Sequence record: OQ721909
Direction: 5' to 3' (one strand)
DNA length: 64,000 nucleotides
Origin: Escherichia phage vB_VIPECOOM01
Under the pieces are notes generated by a model. The model did not search any database. It was not told the origin of the DNA and worked only from the letters and a program-made list of their open reading frames with translations. Below, piece by piece: positions 10,100 through 20,065 of this stretch. Position numbers and translations under genes: made by a program. Each line of letters begins with the position of its first letter. Within the stretch, counting starts at the first letter, position 1.

Positions 10100-10569
10100 T
10101 TTAAACTCTTTCTAAGCTGCTTCTTAAATGAAGCTATTAATTGTGTTTTGGTGTCAGATTCATTATATTCAAATCCTCTTTGAAGCATCTCAGCCATCAT
10201 TTCCTCTTTTCCTAAACGAGAAAATTCCTTTGATTTATCTCCAACAAAGTTAGGGTGAATATTATTTTGGGTGTAATCGGATTTTAAATAAGTAAGTAAA
10301 TTTTCTAACCATTCAAGATAATCAACACCTTGTCCCTTTAAGCCAGAACGATTAAATTTATGCTTCATTTGACCTTCTGCAGCATTACAGAGATTACATA
10401 GCAACCCACGTACCTTTCCTGCTTTTGGTCCATTTAATTCATGGTCATGGTCAAGGTGATTAGCTTGAACATCAGGATTTAGTTCTCGTTGGCAAATTAA
10501 GCATTTACCGTTTTGTGCATCATAAAATTTCTGTTTTTCTTCTTTATATAATTTGCCAGTCAATAACAT
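10096..10569 (-). CDS. 49: Recombination endonuclease VII (Holliday junction resolvase)
   Basis: 157 aa; N-terminal sequence and Cys/His zinc site match recalled T4 endo VII. Confidence 0.93.
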   Translation of the reverse strand: MLLTGKLYKEEKQKFYDAQNGKCLICQRELNPDVQANHLDHDHELNGPKAGKVRGLLCNLCNAAEGQMKHKFNRSGLKGQGVDYLEWLENLLTYLKSDYTQNNIHPNFVGDKSKEFSRLGKEEMMAEMLQRGFEYNESDTKTQLIASFKKQLRKSLK

Positions 10570-10571
10570 AA

Positions 10572-10605
10572 TAAAACCCTTACCTTAAATAGATAAGGGT
10601 ATTTA
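10572..10605 (-). terminator. hairpin terminator-like element
   Basis: CCCTTATC ... GATAAGGG inverted repeat followed by T-run on minus strand. Confidence 0.45.
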
Positions 10606-10611
10606 TTATTT

Positions 10612-10833
10612 TCAAGTATTGTAAAACATTCGATGCAATCGCTTATATTGTCGAATCATCTTTTTAGTAGGACGAGAATAAGTTCCTATACAAGTGGTCA
10701 TATTAGGGTCAGTAGGACTTCCTTTAATAAAAAGTTTCCAAACCTTACCACCATTTAACTTTTCAGTATAAATTAATTCGGTTTTCATTAAAACGCTCGT
10801 TAGAAAAAGAAATTTGAGTTTCAAGCCATTCAA
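10612..10833 (-). CDS. hypothetical protein (weak ORF)
   Basis: 73 aa ORF overlapping 3' end of pin; start uncertain. Confidence 0.3.
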   Translation of the reverse strand: MNGLKLKFLFLTSVLMKTELIYTEKLNGGKVWKLFIKGSPTDPNMTTCIGTYSRPTKKMIRQYKRLHRMFYNT

Positions 10834-11251
10834 TATATTCTGCAGCAGCTTGCATCAAATTTCCTTCATAGCCATCGTTATTTTCTTGTGCAGCTAATTT
10901 AGCTAATGCATATGAAATGCGTTCACCTTGAAAAGCGGCTTTAGGTTTATGAATAGCTTGATCAACTCGTTCTACAACTTCTTCAATTTCGCCATTTTCT
11001 GCGGATTCAGTATTCCACAAGCACCAATACGTAATTGGCTTATCGTAGATGTTAATAATCTTTCCATCAGAAAGTTCAATTTCAATAATTCCAGTATCAG
11101 GTTCTATATCATCTTCGCATTCTTTTGCAAGTTCACGAACTTTAAAGACAGTACCTGCACTAAGTTCCGGCCAGTAATTACACAGCCCTTTATCAGCACG
11201 ATTAATTCTAAACCACTTATCTACTGCAATCATATCCCATCTCCATATCAA
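10763..11251 (-). CDS. pin: Protease inhibitor Pin-like protein
   Basis: 162 aa; position after gene 49 and length fit T4 pin; no motif-level confirmation. Confidence 0.65.
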   Translation of the reverse strand: MIWRWDMIAVDKWFRINRADKGLCNYWPELSAGTVFKVRELAKECEDDIEPDTGIIEIELSDGKIINIYDKPITYWCLWNTESAENGEIEEVVERVDQAIHKPKAAFQGERISYALAKLAAQENNDGYEGNLMQAAAEYIEWLETQISFSNERFNENRINLY

Positions 11252-11356
11252 TTAAGTCATTTATCGTTGGTTCATTATATACTGTTTCTTCATCAGTGTA
11301 AACCGGTTCTTCCGGCTCTGGCTCTACTGTTTCCCATCTAGCCGCCCACCAAGGTT

Positions 11357-11677
11357 TTATAGCGTAATCCATTCTCGTATTGTCTGAGTTACTACACGTT
11401 CACGGAGCTCGACTAGTTCAACAGTCGGAACTGCATAATACCAGTCAGAATGGTAAGAACCTGAACGGCATTCATTTACGGAAACATGTACATTATGTTT
11501 TGGACTAAAATAAACACACTGCCGATATTGGCATTTGCCATCTTGTACCCAATCTTCTATTTCGATAGGTTTAAGATAATCCGAAAAATCGAAATCATAA
11601 TTTTCTGAAAATGCATCATGGTCTTCGATGATTTCACTCAGAACTGCATCAACATCTAATTTATTTTCAATATTCAT
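11357..11677 (-). CDS. hypothetical protein
   Basis: 106 aa ORF. Confidence 0.5.
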   Translation of the reverse strand: MNIENKLDVDAVLSEIIEDHDAFSENYDFDFSDYLKPIEIEDWVQDGKCQYRQCVYFSPKHNVHVSVNECRSGSYHSDWYYAVPTVELVELRERVVTQTIREWITL

Positions 11678-11687
11678 TTTTCACCAC

Positions 11688-11897
11688 TTAATTTCGCAAT
11701 TTATTAAGTTCTTCATAATCAATCCAGGATTCTAGTCCTGATGGCAAATCAGATTCAATTTCCCAAAGAAGCTCTTCAATTTTCTGAAGACGATCTAATT
11801 CTTCGGCTGGAATAGTAACCATTGACGGAGTTCTTGATACACTAATATCGTAAATCATATTTACCCCAGTTTGACCATGCAATCGCCATATTTCCAT
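11688..11897 (-). CDS. hypothetical protein
   Basis: 69 aa ORF. Confidence 0.5.
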   Translation of the reverse strand: MEIWRLHGQTGVNMIYDISVSRTPSMVTIPAEELDRLQKIEELLWEIESDLPSGLESWIDYEELNKLRN

Positions 11898-12076
11898 TTA
11901 GAAATAGACTTTTCACCGTTAGAATAATAAACTTCGAGTTTAGCACGATTATTTTTAATTTGAATAACCTTTGCTGTCATCAAAGTTCCATACCCGTAAT
12001 AAACTGCAACCTCATCACCTACATATACCGCGCTTCCGCGGTAGTCATGGATATAATCAGTTCCTTCGAGCATCAT
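11861..12076 (-). CDS. hypothetical protein
   Basis: 71 aa ORF. Confidence 0.5.
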   Translation of the reverse strand: MMLEGTDYIHDYRGSAVYVGDEVAVYYGYGTLMTAKVIQIKNNRAKLEVYYSNGEKSISKWKYGDCMVKLG

Positions 12077-12336
12077 TTAAAGTATTCCCGCAATTGGTCA
12101 AATCCACCAACATGACTTCCATCAGGAGCAAATACCTGAGGCATCGTCAGTCCAATTTGAGTATCACGACCCAGTTTAGTTAGAAGCTCAGCGATTTTCT
12201 CATCATCAAAAACACCTTTTTCCGGCATAATGTTGATAAATTCAAACGGCTGTTTCTTCACAGTCAAAAGACGTTTTGCATTATCGCAATACACACATTT
12301 ATGGATGCTGCTATCATAACCATATACTTTAAACAT
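12073..12336 (-). CDS. nrdC: Glutaredoxin (phage thioredoxin)
   Basis: 87 aa; CVYC active site; near-identical to recalled T4 NrdC. Confidence 0.93.
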   Translation of the reverse strand: MFKVYGYDSSIHKCVYCDNAKRLLTVKKQPFEFINIMPEKGVFDDEKIAELLTKLGRDTQIGLTMPQVFAPDGSHVGGFDQLREYFK

Positions 12337-12337
12337 A

Positions 12338-12580
12338 TTATTCCTTAATTCCTAGTACTTGTTTAAAAGTCTCGTCGTAATCAAGACTTTGACCTGTTTG
12401 TTCTTTATGTTTGTATATAATATCACTTACTTCTGATAGCATATTTTTATATGAACGAGTTAAAGCAGATTTAAGCACGCTATATCTATCAGGAAATTTA
12501 CCATGTTCATTATAATACGCTATTGCTAATTCACGGACTGCCTTTTCAGCAGTCTCCATATATTCTTTACGCTTTGTCAT
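12338..12580 (-). CDS. hypothetical protein (nrdC.1-like)
   Basis: 80 aa ORF. Confidence 0.55.
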
Positions 12581-12884
12581 TTTCTTCTCGGTTAAATCGG
12601 TGTTTGCAATGACGGCATTTATAACGAAGATTACTAGTCTGCCAATGGACTAATTGAACCTGTTCAGTACCACATTTTGGGCAGTTCGGAACATTCTTAG
12701 AAGCCCTTTCGCGGCGTTCAACCATAACCATAATGGCATCCCAGGCTGGAGGTTTAAAGTCTAGATCGTCACAACCATGAATCTTTCCACGCATTTCTAG
12801 ATCGTCTTCTTCACCTGCCATAATAATTTTAATTAGACTGGAATTACTTGAAGCTGCAATGTCTTCTAATAGACGCTTTTTCAT
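12567..12884 (-). CDS. hypothetical zinc-ribbon protein
   Basis: 105 aa; CPKC...CRHC four-cysteine ribbon. Confidence 0.55.
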
Positions 12885-13810
12885 TTCAATACCTCAATAG
12901 CATTACGTAAACCATTTGCTTTTGCATTAAGAGATTTTAACAATTTGGTGTGTTCGGCAATCTGGGCTTCAACTTCAATCAAACGAGCATTGAGATATTC
13001 ACGTTCTTCGCTCAGGTTATCAACCTTTTCTACTTTAGGCTCTTTTACAACTGTCTTATATGTATTAGGGTTCTTCAGTTTAATTAGAATGCGTGAACTG
13101 TATAACATTGAACCATTATTTTCGATTTCGTCATACATTTCTACTACGTCCATGATTTTTAACATCATGCGGAGTTTATAAGATAACGAACGAATAGTTT
13201 TGTTGTGCTTATTAATTTCTCTAGAGTTCATGGTACCGAGATTACGTGAGTAGTAATAAGGAACCTGGATATCAATTGATAATGATGCGTTACCATTACC
13301 GGTTGGTTTGAATACTGCAGTAACCCAATCCTTAACATGAACTGTATTTGTACGGTCATCGCCCGCGGTAAATAGTTTACGAGCATGCTTAAAAAGCATA
13401 TTCACTTGGTCATTGAATTGACAAGCGAATTTATCAGCAAATTTAGTTTCAGGAATGGTAGATAACCAATCAGCCAAATGGGTCTTTTTAACATCGTTAA
13501 CAATAGTAAATTCAACCAAATCAGTTATAGATGTCTCAGATTTAATAAAGCTCGGCTTCATAAAGTTTTTAATGTTATCGCGAGCTACAGTAGAAGATAA
13601 CATACGAGAACGTTTAAACCATTGAAGCAAATTGCCCAACGAATGAGAATAAGCGTTCTGTGTATCTTTACAGATATGATTTTCCTGGCCAACATACTGA
13701 AGGAAATCACGAAGAATATTATTGATTACTGCTCTGTGTCCGATCTGATAATTACGGTGTTTAGTAATAAGACTGTCAAAATAATCAATATAATGTTTAC
13801 GAGTTTTCAT
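12881..13810 (-). CDS. hypothetical protein with C-terminal coiled coil (paralog family member)
   Basis: 309 aa; heptad-rich C-terminus; shared internal motifs with next two ORFs. Confidence 0.6.
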   Translation of the reverse strand: MKTRKHYIDYFDSLITKHRNYQIGHRAVINNILRDFLQYVGQENHICKDTQNAYSHSLGNLLQWFKRSRMLSSTVARDNIKNFMKPSFIKSETSITDLVEFTIVNDVKKTHLADWLSTIPETKFADKFACQFNDQVNMLFKHARKLFTAGDDRTNTVHVKDWVTAVFKPTGNGNASLSIDIQVPYYYSRNLGTMNSREINKHNKTIRSLSYKLRMMLKIMDVVEMYDEIENNGSMLYSSRILIKLKNPNTYKTVVKEPKVEKVDNLSEEREYLNARLIEVEAQIAEHTKLLKSLNAKANGLRNAIEVLK

Positions 13811-13862
13811 GTTCTTCTCACTTGGTTAATGATTTATACTCCGAGCCATCCTTGGCTTTAAA

Positions 13863-14864
13863 TTACTTAATTAACTGTAAAGCTTGTTCAAGACGATCCA
13901 GGCGATTAACAGATTCTTCCCAAATCCTTTTAGCCTGCTCATATTCTTTCTGCGCTTTATTAGAAATTTCTAGAACTTCTTTATAAGCCTTTTCTAGTGC
14001 AATAACTTCTGGACGAATTTCTACAGGTTCAGGCGAATCATCAAGATTATCCATTAGTTCCTCAAGTGTAATTTCTTCTTTAGGAGTATTCACAATTTCA
14101 TCACATTTTTGTTGGTAAATTTCTTTATCAGTCGGTGAGTACGCACATTTCACTTCACGAAGACTAACTACAATTTTATATCCTTCCCAACCGCATATAT
14201 TCTTAAAAGGATACGTATGAATATTTTCTACTGTTTCCATACAAAGTAATGCGGTTTCTAATTGACGAGTTATAGTGCTAGCAATTGAGAAAAATTTATT
14301 AATATTCCTTTGGTTAGTTTCTGGTGTAAAAAATCCATAATTCACAAAAATAGATACTTTATTTTTATCAAGTTCATATTCTTTTACGATAATCATATCA
14401 GAAGCCAAAGGATGAATTTGACGATAATCGCCATAACATAATTTAGAAGCTGATTTTAAAATTTGCTTTTTGAAAAGCCTGAAATTACTAATCCAACGAC
14501 GAGTAAAAATATTCTCAGGGTCTTCTTTATTATTAAGATGATAAGAATTAACATCACCGAACCAATTATATCCTACTACATCTTTGGTTCGTTTAATTTC
14601 TTTCCCAAAATTACCAAGAATATCTCGATTAACCAAATATGAAAGAAGACGAGACTCTTTAAAGGTTTTCTTGATAACATCTTTATCTACACGACTAGAA
14701 ATTTTACGAATTTCATGAATAAATTTAACAGAAGAAACAAGACTTGCGTCAACACTATTGAGCCATTGATTGATAATAGAAATAACGCTATTTTGGCCAA
14801 ACAATGGTATAGCTTTATCATCAATAACGCTATTGAATGATTTGATATATTCGTTACGAGTCAT
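13863..14864 (-). CDS. hypothetical protein with C-terminal coiled coil (paralog family member)
   Basis: ORF-track ORF trimmed to Met with GAGGAG RBS (MTRNEY...) because an early promoter lies inside the longer ORF. Confidence 0.6.
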   Translation of the reverse strand: MTRNEYIKSFNSVIDDKAIPLFGQNSVISIINQWLNSVDASLVSSVKFIHEIRKISSRVDKDVIKKTFKESRLLSYLVNRDILGNFGKEIKRTKDVVGYNWFGDVNSYHLNNKEDPENIFTRRWISNFRLFKKQILKSASKLCYGDYRQIHPLASDMIIVKEYELDKNKVSIFVNYGFFTPETNQRNINKFFSIASTITRQLETALLCMETVENIHTYPFKNICGWEGYKIVVSLREVKCAYSPTDKEIYQQKCDEIVNTPKEEITLEELMDNLDDSPEPVEIRPEVIALEKAYKEVLEISNKAQKEYEQAKRIWEESVNRLDRLEQALQLIK

Positions 14865-14892
14865 ATTAATCTCCTCAGTAGAAAGTAAGAAC

Positions 14893-14922
14893 ATTATACC
14901 ACATCCTTGTGGCAAAGTAAAC
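14893..14922 (-). promoter_or_regulatory. early promoter
   Basis: GTTTAC -35 and GGTATAAT -10 on minus strand. Confidence 0.55.
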
Positions 14923-15950
14923 TAGTTTAGTGCATTTAGTGCATTGTTCAGTTTAGAACGTTGCTTCGTGAGATTTTTGACTTTTTCTTGAGCTTTTTCT
15001 AGCATCTTTTCAGCTTCTAACACTTCATTAGTTGCTTTAACGAGTTCATCATCTACTGCCTTGATAGACTTCTCAATCGCATCTGCATGCCATTTTTCAA
15101 CAGGTTTAAGACTCGGATTTTCAACAGGAAGAAAATTCACTTTATTGAATTTCCATGCATCCTTATTACCTGAACTATACATCCAAAATTTAGGATCGTT
15201 TGATGAGTAATTGGATAAATTTAAATTTAAGTTATCTTGCACTTCCTGCTTTTTCTCTTGCGTGACTTCGTCCTTTCTCAAAAAATCGTATTTAAATGAA
15301 ACGATCATATCAAGTTCATATGTTGTTGTGTCTAATTTAAATCGTTCGAAATGTTGTGAAATCTTAGACTGAACAGCGGCAACAACATCCATATACTTAA
15401 ATGCTTCTGTCAACTGCGATTTAAGGCATTCGCAAATTGAAAGAGAATTTTTTGTATTAGGTTTAAAGCTAATTCGTGCAGTTCTATTATTTTCTTTTAA
15501 TGGTCTTACTTCCATCTGAAGAGTATAACCATCAAATTTCAGGTTCTTTAAGTTAATATCAGAACCTTTCAATCGACTCGCAGTTGATAAAATTTGCTTT
15601 AATTGTCTACGGAACAGAGCAATAAATCTCCATTCAATACGATAATGATTTGGATTGAAAAATCCAGATGATAAATCGACCTTACTTTGACCAACGCCTT
15701 GAACAAATAAAGGATTTTTATAATCAATAGTTTTACAGAAATCGGTGAGTTGCTCACGAGCAGTCATTTGTGTAATATATCCCGCTTTACTAAAATTACG
15801 CACCCATTCACTGCTATTCGTATACTTAAAGTGATGAATAACACGATTAACTTTATCAGGGTCTAAATTATTTTCACACAAAAATGTCATAACATCACGA
15901 GTATAACTGGCATTACGAACCATATCTTCAATTTGAGAACGAGTTTTCAT
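14922..15950 (-). CDS. hypothetical protein with C-terminal coiled coil (paralog family member)
   Basis: 342 aa; MKTR N-terminus like 12881..13810. Confidence 0.6.
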   Translation of the reverse strand: MKTRSQIEDMVRNASYTRDVMTFLCENNLDPDKVNRVIHHFKYTNSSEWVRNFSKAGYITQMTAREQLTDFCKTIDYKNPLFVQGVGQSKVDLSSGFFNPNHYRIEWRFIALFRRQLKQILSTASRLKGSDINLKNLKFDGYTLQMEVRPLKENNRTARISFKPNTKNSLSICECLKSQLTEAFKYMDVVAAVQSKISQHFERFKLDTTTYELDMIVSFKYDFLRKDEVTQEKKQEVQDNLNLNLSNYSSNDPKFWMYSSGNKDAWKFNKVNFLPVENPSLKPVEKWHADAIEKSIKAVDDELVKATNEVLEAEKMLEKAQEKVKNLTKQRSKLNNALNALN

Positions 15951-15958
15951 AGTGTTCC

Positions 15959-16885
15959 TTAAGATTTAAGTAAATCAACAATTTTAATTAACTTTTCACG
16001 CTCAGATTTAGCTTTACTACTCAATCCAGATAGTCTGAAAATTTCATCATCATATTGTTGAATAGAAATATTCAGCTCTTCAATCTGTTTATTAAAATAA
16101 TCAATTTGTTCAGAATGTTTTTCGTTACTACGAACTGGTACAGGTTTCGTAGGCAATTTAGTTGAACTGGATTCATTCGGGCGATAAATTAAAATACAAC
16201 TTGAACCAATAGGGCATTTTGCACCAGATGAATATTCTAATGTTCCAGCTTCTTTTAAAACTTCAAAAGCTAAACAGAGATGATGCCCCATATTAACATA
16301 ATCTGTAGAGTGAGCTCTGATGTAATAATCATCTCCACGAATACTAAATTTAAAGCATTTAAGGTCTTCTGTATTATTGGTCTTAAAAATCATTTGTTTA
16401 TCTAGACCTTTAGCTAATCGAGCACCCAATGCTAATAATCGTCGTTGATTTTCCCACAAATCCGCAATCATTTGGTCGAATGATAATTTCGGCATTAGTC
16501 GACCATAAAGGTCATATCCTTTATTATAATTACGAAGGATTTCACTCGCATTAATGCGAGACAATGCTCCAATTTTATTAAGGGCTTTCATAATGCGATT
16601 AGATAAACTCATTCCAGACCCGTTTGTTCGCTGTAAATGTTTTTCTAATCCAAATCCAATATCAACTTTAAACTTATCTAAAATTTCTGCATGAACATCT
16701 TTGTCGATAACATTCAAATCCAAAGTTGGGTTAAATCTATGAAAAAATTTATCTGGCTCTCCACGGCGAAGTACAGTCCATTCATTCATCATTTTTTTAT
16801 TAACTAATGATTTAATTACTGCATTGACATTATTAATTACTACTGACATATTTTCCTCACTCAATTTCAATTTTACTAAATACAC
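15959..16885 (-). CDS. hypothetical protein with C-terminal coiled coil
   Basis: 308 aa ORF; start may be the internal MSVVINN. Confidence 0.55.
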   Translation of the reverse strand: MYLVKLKLSEENMSVVINNVNAVIKSLVNKKMMNEWTVLRRGEPDKFFHRFNPTLDLNVIDKDVHAEILDKFKVDIGFGLEKHLQRTNGSGMSLSNRIMKALNKIGALSRINASEILRNYNKGYDLYGRLMPKLSFDQMIADLWENQRRLLALGARLAKGLDKQMIFKTNNTEDLKCFKFSIRGDDYYIRAHSTDYVNMGHHLCLAFEVLKEAGTLEYSSGAKCPIGSSCILIYRPNESSSTKLPTKPVPVRSNEKHSEQIDYFNKQIEELNISIQQYDDEIFRLSGLSSKAKSEREKLIKIVDLLKS

Positions 16886-17264
16886 AGAATATGATTGAAC
16901 AGACTATATAAGCGCCACACACGGATTGAACTAATACCATCCCAAAGAACCAAACAATATTATCAAACAGTGTTTGTTTTACGTCGAAAGGACGTAAACT
17001 TACAGTAATATTATCACCTTTTTCTATTGAAGAATACATCTCTGGGGAAATATATTCACTAAATCTATAACCGTCTTTGAGTTCATATACGGCAATAAAC
17101 GATAAACTAGACCCTTTTCCTTGTGTTCCTGTAATGGTATTAACTACAGTAACATCATAATCTTTATAGTGCATATAATCATTAATTGCGTAATAACCAT
17201 ATGCAACTACTACACATAAACAACATATCAATAAATTCAATCTTTTAATTATCAACTGTTTCAT
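16857..17264 (-). CDS. hypothetical membrane protein
   Basis: 135 aa; N-terminal and C-terminal hydrophobic segments. Confidence 0.5.
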   Translation of the reverse strand: MKQLIIKRLNLLICCLCVVVAYGYYAINDYMHYKDYDVTVVNTITGTQGKGSSLSFIAVYELKDGYRFSEYISPEMYSSIEKGDNITVSLRPFDVKQTLFDNIVWFFGMVLVQSVCGAYIVCSIIFCVFSKIEIE

Positions 17265-17294
17265 AATAATCTCAATTAAAAGGGCTTAGAACCA

Positions 17295-17320
17295 TTATAC
17301 CATCCTTGGTATAAAGCGGT
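17295..17320 (-). promoter_or_regulatory. candidate middle promoter (MotA-box-like)
   Basis: GGTATAATGG -10 with CGCTTTA about -30 on minus strand. Confidence 0.4.
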
Positions 17321-17847
17321 TATGCGAGTACCGTCTTTAACCGTTCTTCAAACTTCCGAAGAGTATTTTGGCGTTCAGCTCTTTGCTTTTTGTAAGTTTC
17401 AATACGCTCTGAAATGAGAGAGTATCGTTCATTTACTGATTCTTTCATAAAATCAGGAATTTCACGAGAAGCTTTAATCTCGTCAAATTTATCAATAACA
17501 GCTTGCTCTTCAGCAATTAAGTTATCATACATCAAAATATCTTTCTTGATGAACTCAATATCTTCTTGAGTTACACGAGATAATTTAGATGCTTTATCCT
17601 TTTTGTACTGTTCGTTAGTATCACGAGACCAGTGTAATGTACGATTTTTATTCGTATTTTTGTAAATTTCGACAATACCAATCTCATCAATAATAACGAT
17701 CCAATTCCAACGGGATTTGTAAATTTGTCCTCCATCAACAGTGATTTCACCTCCGATTGAGATGTCGTTAAAGAACTTACTCTGTGCTTCAGATTTAAAT
17801 TTACCATCGTTGTAATTTACCAAGTTGAAAATATCTTTAGCGTTCAT
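17320..17847 (-). CDS. hypothetical protein
   Basis: 175 aa ORF downstream of early promoter. Confidence 0.55.
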   Translation of the reverse strand: MNAKDIFNLVNYNDGKFKSEAQSKFFNDISIGGEITVDGGQIYKSRWNWIVIIDEIGIVEIYKNTNKNRTLHWSRDTNEQYKKDKASKLSRVTQEDIEFIKKDILMYDNLIAEEQAVIDKFDEIKASREIPDFMKESVNERYSLISERIETYKKQRAERQNTLRKFEERLKTVLA

Positions 17848-17871
17848 TTTCTGTTCCTCCGTAGTTGATAG

Positions 17872-17905
17872 GGTAATAATACCACAGAGGAACAGTCTTG
17901 TAAAC
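17872..17905 (-). promoter_or_regulatory. early promoter
   Basis: GTTTAC -35 and TGGTATTATTACC -10 on minus strand. Confidence 0.6.
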
Positions 17906-17907
17906 CA

Positions 17908-18213
17908 CTAAAAGAAACTTCTTTCACAATTTTTTCCACTGAACCATGCGCTTACCGCTTTCTTAGTCTCGGGAGCAGTGTGGTCCATAAACCATTCAAA
18001 GGCAGCCTTTTTATGATTCTGAAGGGCTTCTCGGGCTTTAATCTGCTCACGGTCTATTAACACTAACATATGAGCCTTTCTTGTCACCATGGGCTTCTTA
18101 TGATTTTTTGAATACTCCCAGTCATTTGTCCATCGCATTGTCGTTGCGAATTGAAATACTGCTTCTTTAATTTTAGTTTCGTAAATTTCACGAGCCTTTG
18201 AGTATAACATCAC
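17908..18213 (-). CDS. hypothetical protein
   Basis: 101 aa ORF. Confidence 0.5.
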   Translation of the reverse strand: MMLYSKAREIYETKIKEAVFQFATTMRWTNDWEYSKNHKKPMVTRKAHMLVLIDREQIKAREALQNHKKAAFEWFMDHTAPETKKAVSAWFSGKNCERSFF

Positions 18214-18292
18214 TACCTCCGTTTACCAGTTTAATTCTAGTCATCTTTTTAATGGCAGTCCATATAATCTATTTCTGAACTGCCTTTTTGTC

Positions 18293-19012
18293 TTAGGATT
18301 CTTCTAAATGTCTTTTCTGAAAAGTTGATACCATACTACGATACGGTTCATTTGGATATCCGTGTTTTATAGCTTCCTTTGTAAATTTTCTCCATCCATA
18401 TTTAGTTTCTTTCCAAAGCTCGAATAATTCATCTTCATATTGCCATATAGTTAAATGAGAACGCTTTGCAGCTTTAATTCCATTAATATGCTTTTCTTTT
18501 ACTACAGGATTGCTTAGTTTCTTTTTAATAATATTACTAACTTTTCTAACAAAAGCTGGGTCCTTATATCGTTGTGAAGTTTTTATTGAAGTGTTTAATT
18601 TAGCTTCCGGCGTGGATGTGACCTCTTTCATCTTTTTCTTCATATGCTGTATATGATTAGGATTTTTCCATAAATTTATAGAATGCTTTTTGCATTTTAT
18701 CCTAGTTTCATCTGCAACCTTTCCTCCTTCACCCCCGTATGACAGGTTAACACAGTTTTTTCCATATTTCAATTTACCTGCCATGATATATAATATTTCA
18801 GCTTGTACCATTTTATCATAATTATCAAAAACTTCTAAAACCGTTTTTGATAATATGTGGTCATTTGACACTTTTACACGTTCTATATAATTTCCACTAC
18901 CAACATACGAATCATTGATGTTATTAGTTATATGTCGACCATAATAGTATTTCTTAATACCTGTCTTTAAATTTAATATTTCAGTTTTATAGATAGTAAA
19001 ATATTTTTTCAT
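18293..19012 (-). CDS. putative mobile (GIY-YIG-like / MobD-like) endonuclease
   Basis: 239 aa; degenerate N-terminal IY...YYG...YVGSG; basic lysine-rich C-terminal repeats like homing-endonuclease DNA-binding modules. Confidence 0.4.
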   Translation of the reverse strand: MKKYFTIYKTEILNLKTGIKKYYYGRHITNNINDSYVGSGNYIERVKVSNDHILSKTVLEVFDNYDKMVQAEILYIMAGKLKYGKNCVNLSYGGEGGKVADETRIKCKKHSINLWKNPNHIQHMKKKMKEVTSTPEAKLNTSIKTSQRYKDPAFVRKVSNIIKKKLSNPVVKEKHINGIKAAKRSHLTIWQYEDELFELWKETKYGWRKFTKEAIKHGYPNEPYRSMVSTFQKRHLEES

Positions 19013-19977
19013 TTTAATAATACCGTTTCAGCAATTTCTTCCCAACCGTTTTTGTCGGTCATAATAAAGTCAGCAAGATAAAGAGCAGTACGCAGTGAAA
19101 CATTGCGTAAACGATTAACATTAACTTTCATCCATGATAATGCTTTATAAGTTTCTTCATCAGAAAGACCGCGCTTTTGCATCATGTCAGTTGAAAGAAT
19201 AACATCTTCAACCCTGACCATAATTTCTTCATTAGTGTGAACACCCAAATCCAAATAAACTGAGCGGGACACTAATGCTTGTAAGTGTGGAGCAAGTTTA
19301 GTACCACGGTCTAATTCGCGGTCAATGTCAACGTTTGTGATAAAAACAATCGTTCCTTTAAATTCAAACTCACGCTCAATGCCTTTTTCTTCTAAGTAAG
19401 AAGACGCAGTGCTCCAGCAGACTTTACGGGTCTCTCCGGTGTCCAGAGCGGCTTTTAGAAGATTAAGAATATCCATATCAGAGAAAACATCCACATCATC
19501 AATCAAAAGGACAGAATTCTCTTCACGATTATTCCAAAGCTGCTCATAAAGACCAATACCAGAGATTTTACCATTAATGCTTTTATATTCAATGTATCCA
19601 ATATCATTTGCTTTATTTAAAGCTTTATCTAAAGAATACGTTTTACCAATACCTGCTGCGCCAGAGATAATTAATGAACGAATATTTCCATTAATAATAC
19701 CGTTCGTCATCATTCCCATAACATTAAATCTTTTATTAATGCGGGTTTTCATATCTTCATACGATTCTTTAACTTCTTCAACTTTTACACCATCATATGA
19801 AATATCTGATTTGTAAACCCAAACACCGCGACGTTTACCGTCAATTTCAACAAAAACTTTACCATCTCCTTGTGCATCTACCGGAGCATTATCTGGGAAC
19901 CATTCGCCTAAGAGCTCAAAAGTTCCAGAGATTTCTTTACCGAAGTAGATACCCTTATTGATAGTTACAGTTTTCAT
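19009..19977 (-). CDS. AAA-type ATPase (nrdC.10-like)
   Basis: Walker A GAAGIGKT and Walker B VLLIDDVD; trimmed to Met with GGAG RBS (MKTVTINKG) because early promoter lies inside the longer ORF. Confidence 0.6.
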   Translation of the reverse strand: MKTVTINKGIYFGKEISGTFELLGEWFPDNAPVDAQGDGKVFVEIDGKRRGVWVYKSDISYDGVKVEEVKESYEDMKTRINKRFNVMGMMTNGIINGNIRSLIISGAAGIGKTYSLDKALNKANDIGYIEYKSINGKISGIGLYEQLWNNREENSVLLIDDVDVFSDMDILNLLKAALDTGETRKVCWSTASSYLEEKGIEREFEFKGTIVFITNVDIDRELDRGTKLAPHLQALVSRSVYLDLGVHTNEEIMVRVEDVILSTDMMQKRGLSDEETYKALSWMKVNVNRLRNVSLRTALYLADFIMTDKNGWEEIAETVLLK

Positions 19978-20009
19978 TTTATTCTCCAAATCCGTATCAG
20001 TTGATAGTT

Positions 20010-20060
20010 GTATAGTACCATAAAGCTTTATGCTTGTAAACTGTTTTGTGAAAAAATTTT
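20010..20060 (-). promoter_or_regulatory. early promoter
   Basis: UP element, GTTTAC -35, TGGTACTATAC -10 on minus strand. Confidence 0.6.
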
Positions 20061-20065
20061 GAAAT

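Noticed and set aside
10928-11341. 137 aa plus-strand ORF
   Set aside because: Lies antisense within pin and the intergenic region in a minus-strand operon; low-complexity, F/I/N-rich translation typical of the wrong strand of AT-rich DNA.
12945-13181. 78 aa plus-strand ORF
   Set aside because: Antisense to a minus-strand gene in a unidirectional early block.
17571-17807. 78 aa ORF nested in 17320..17847
   Set aside because: Alternative frame inside a longer, better-supported ORF.
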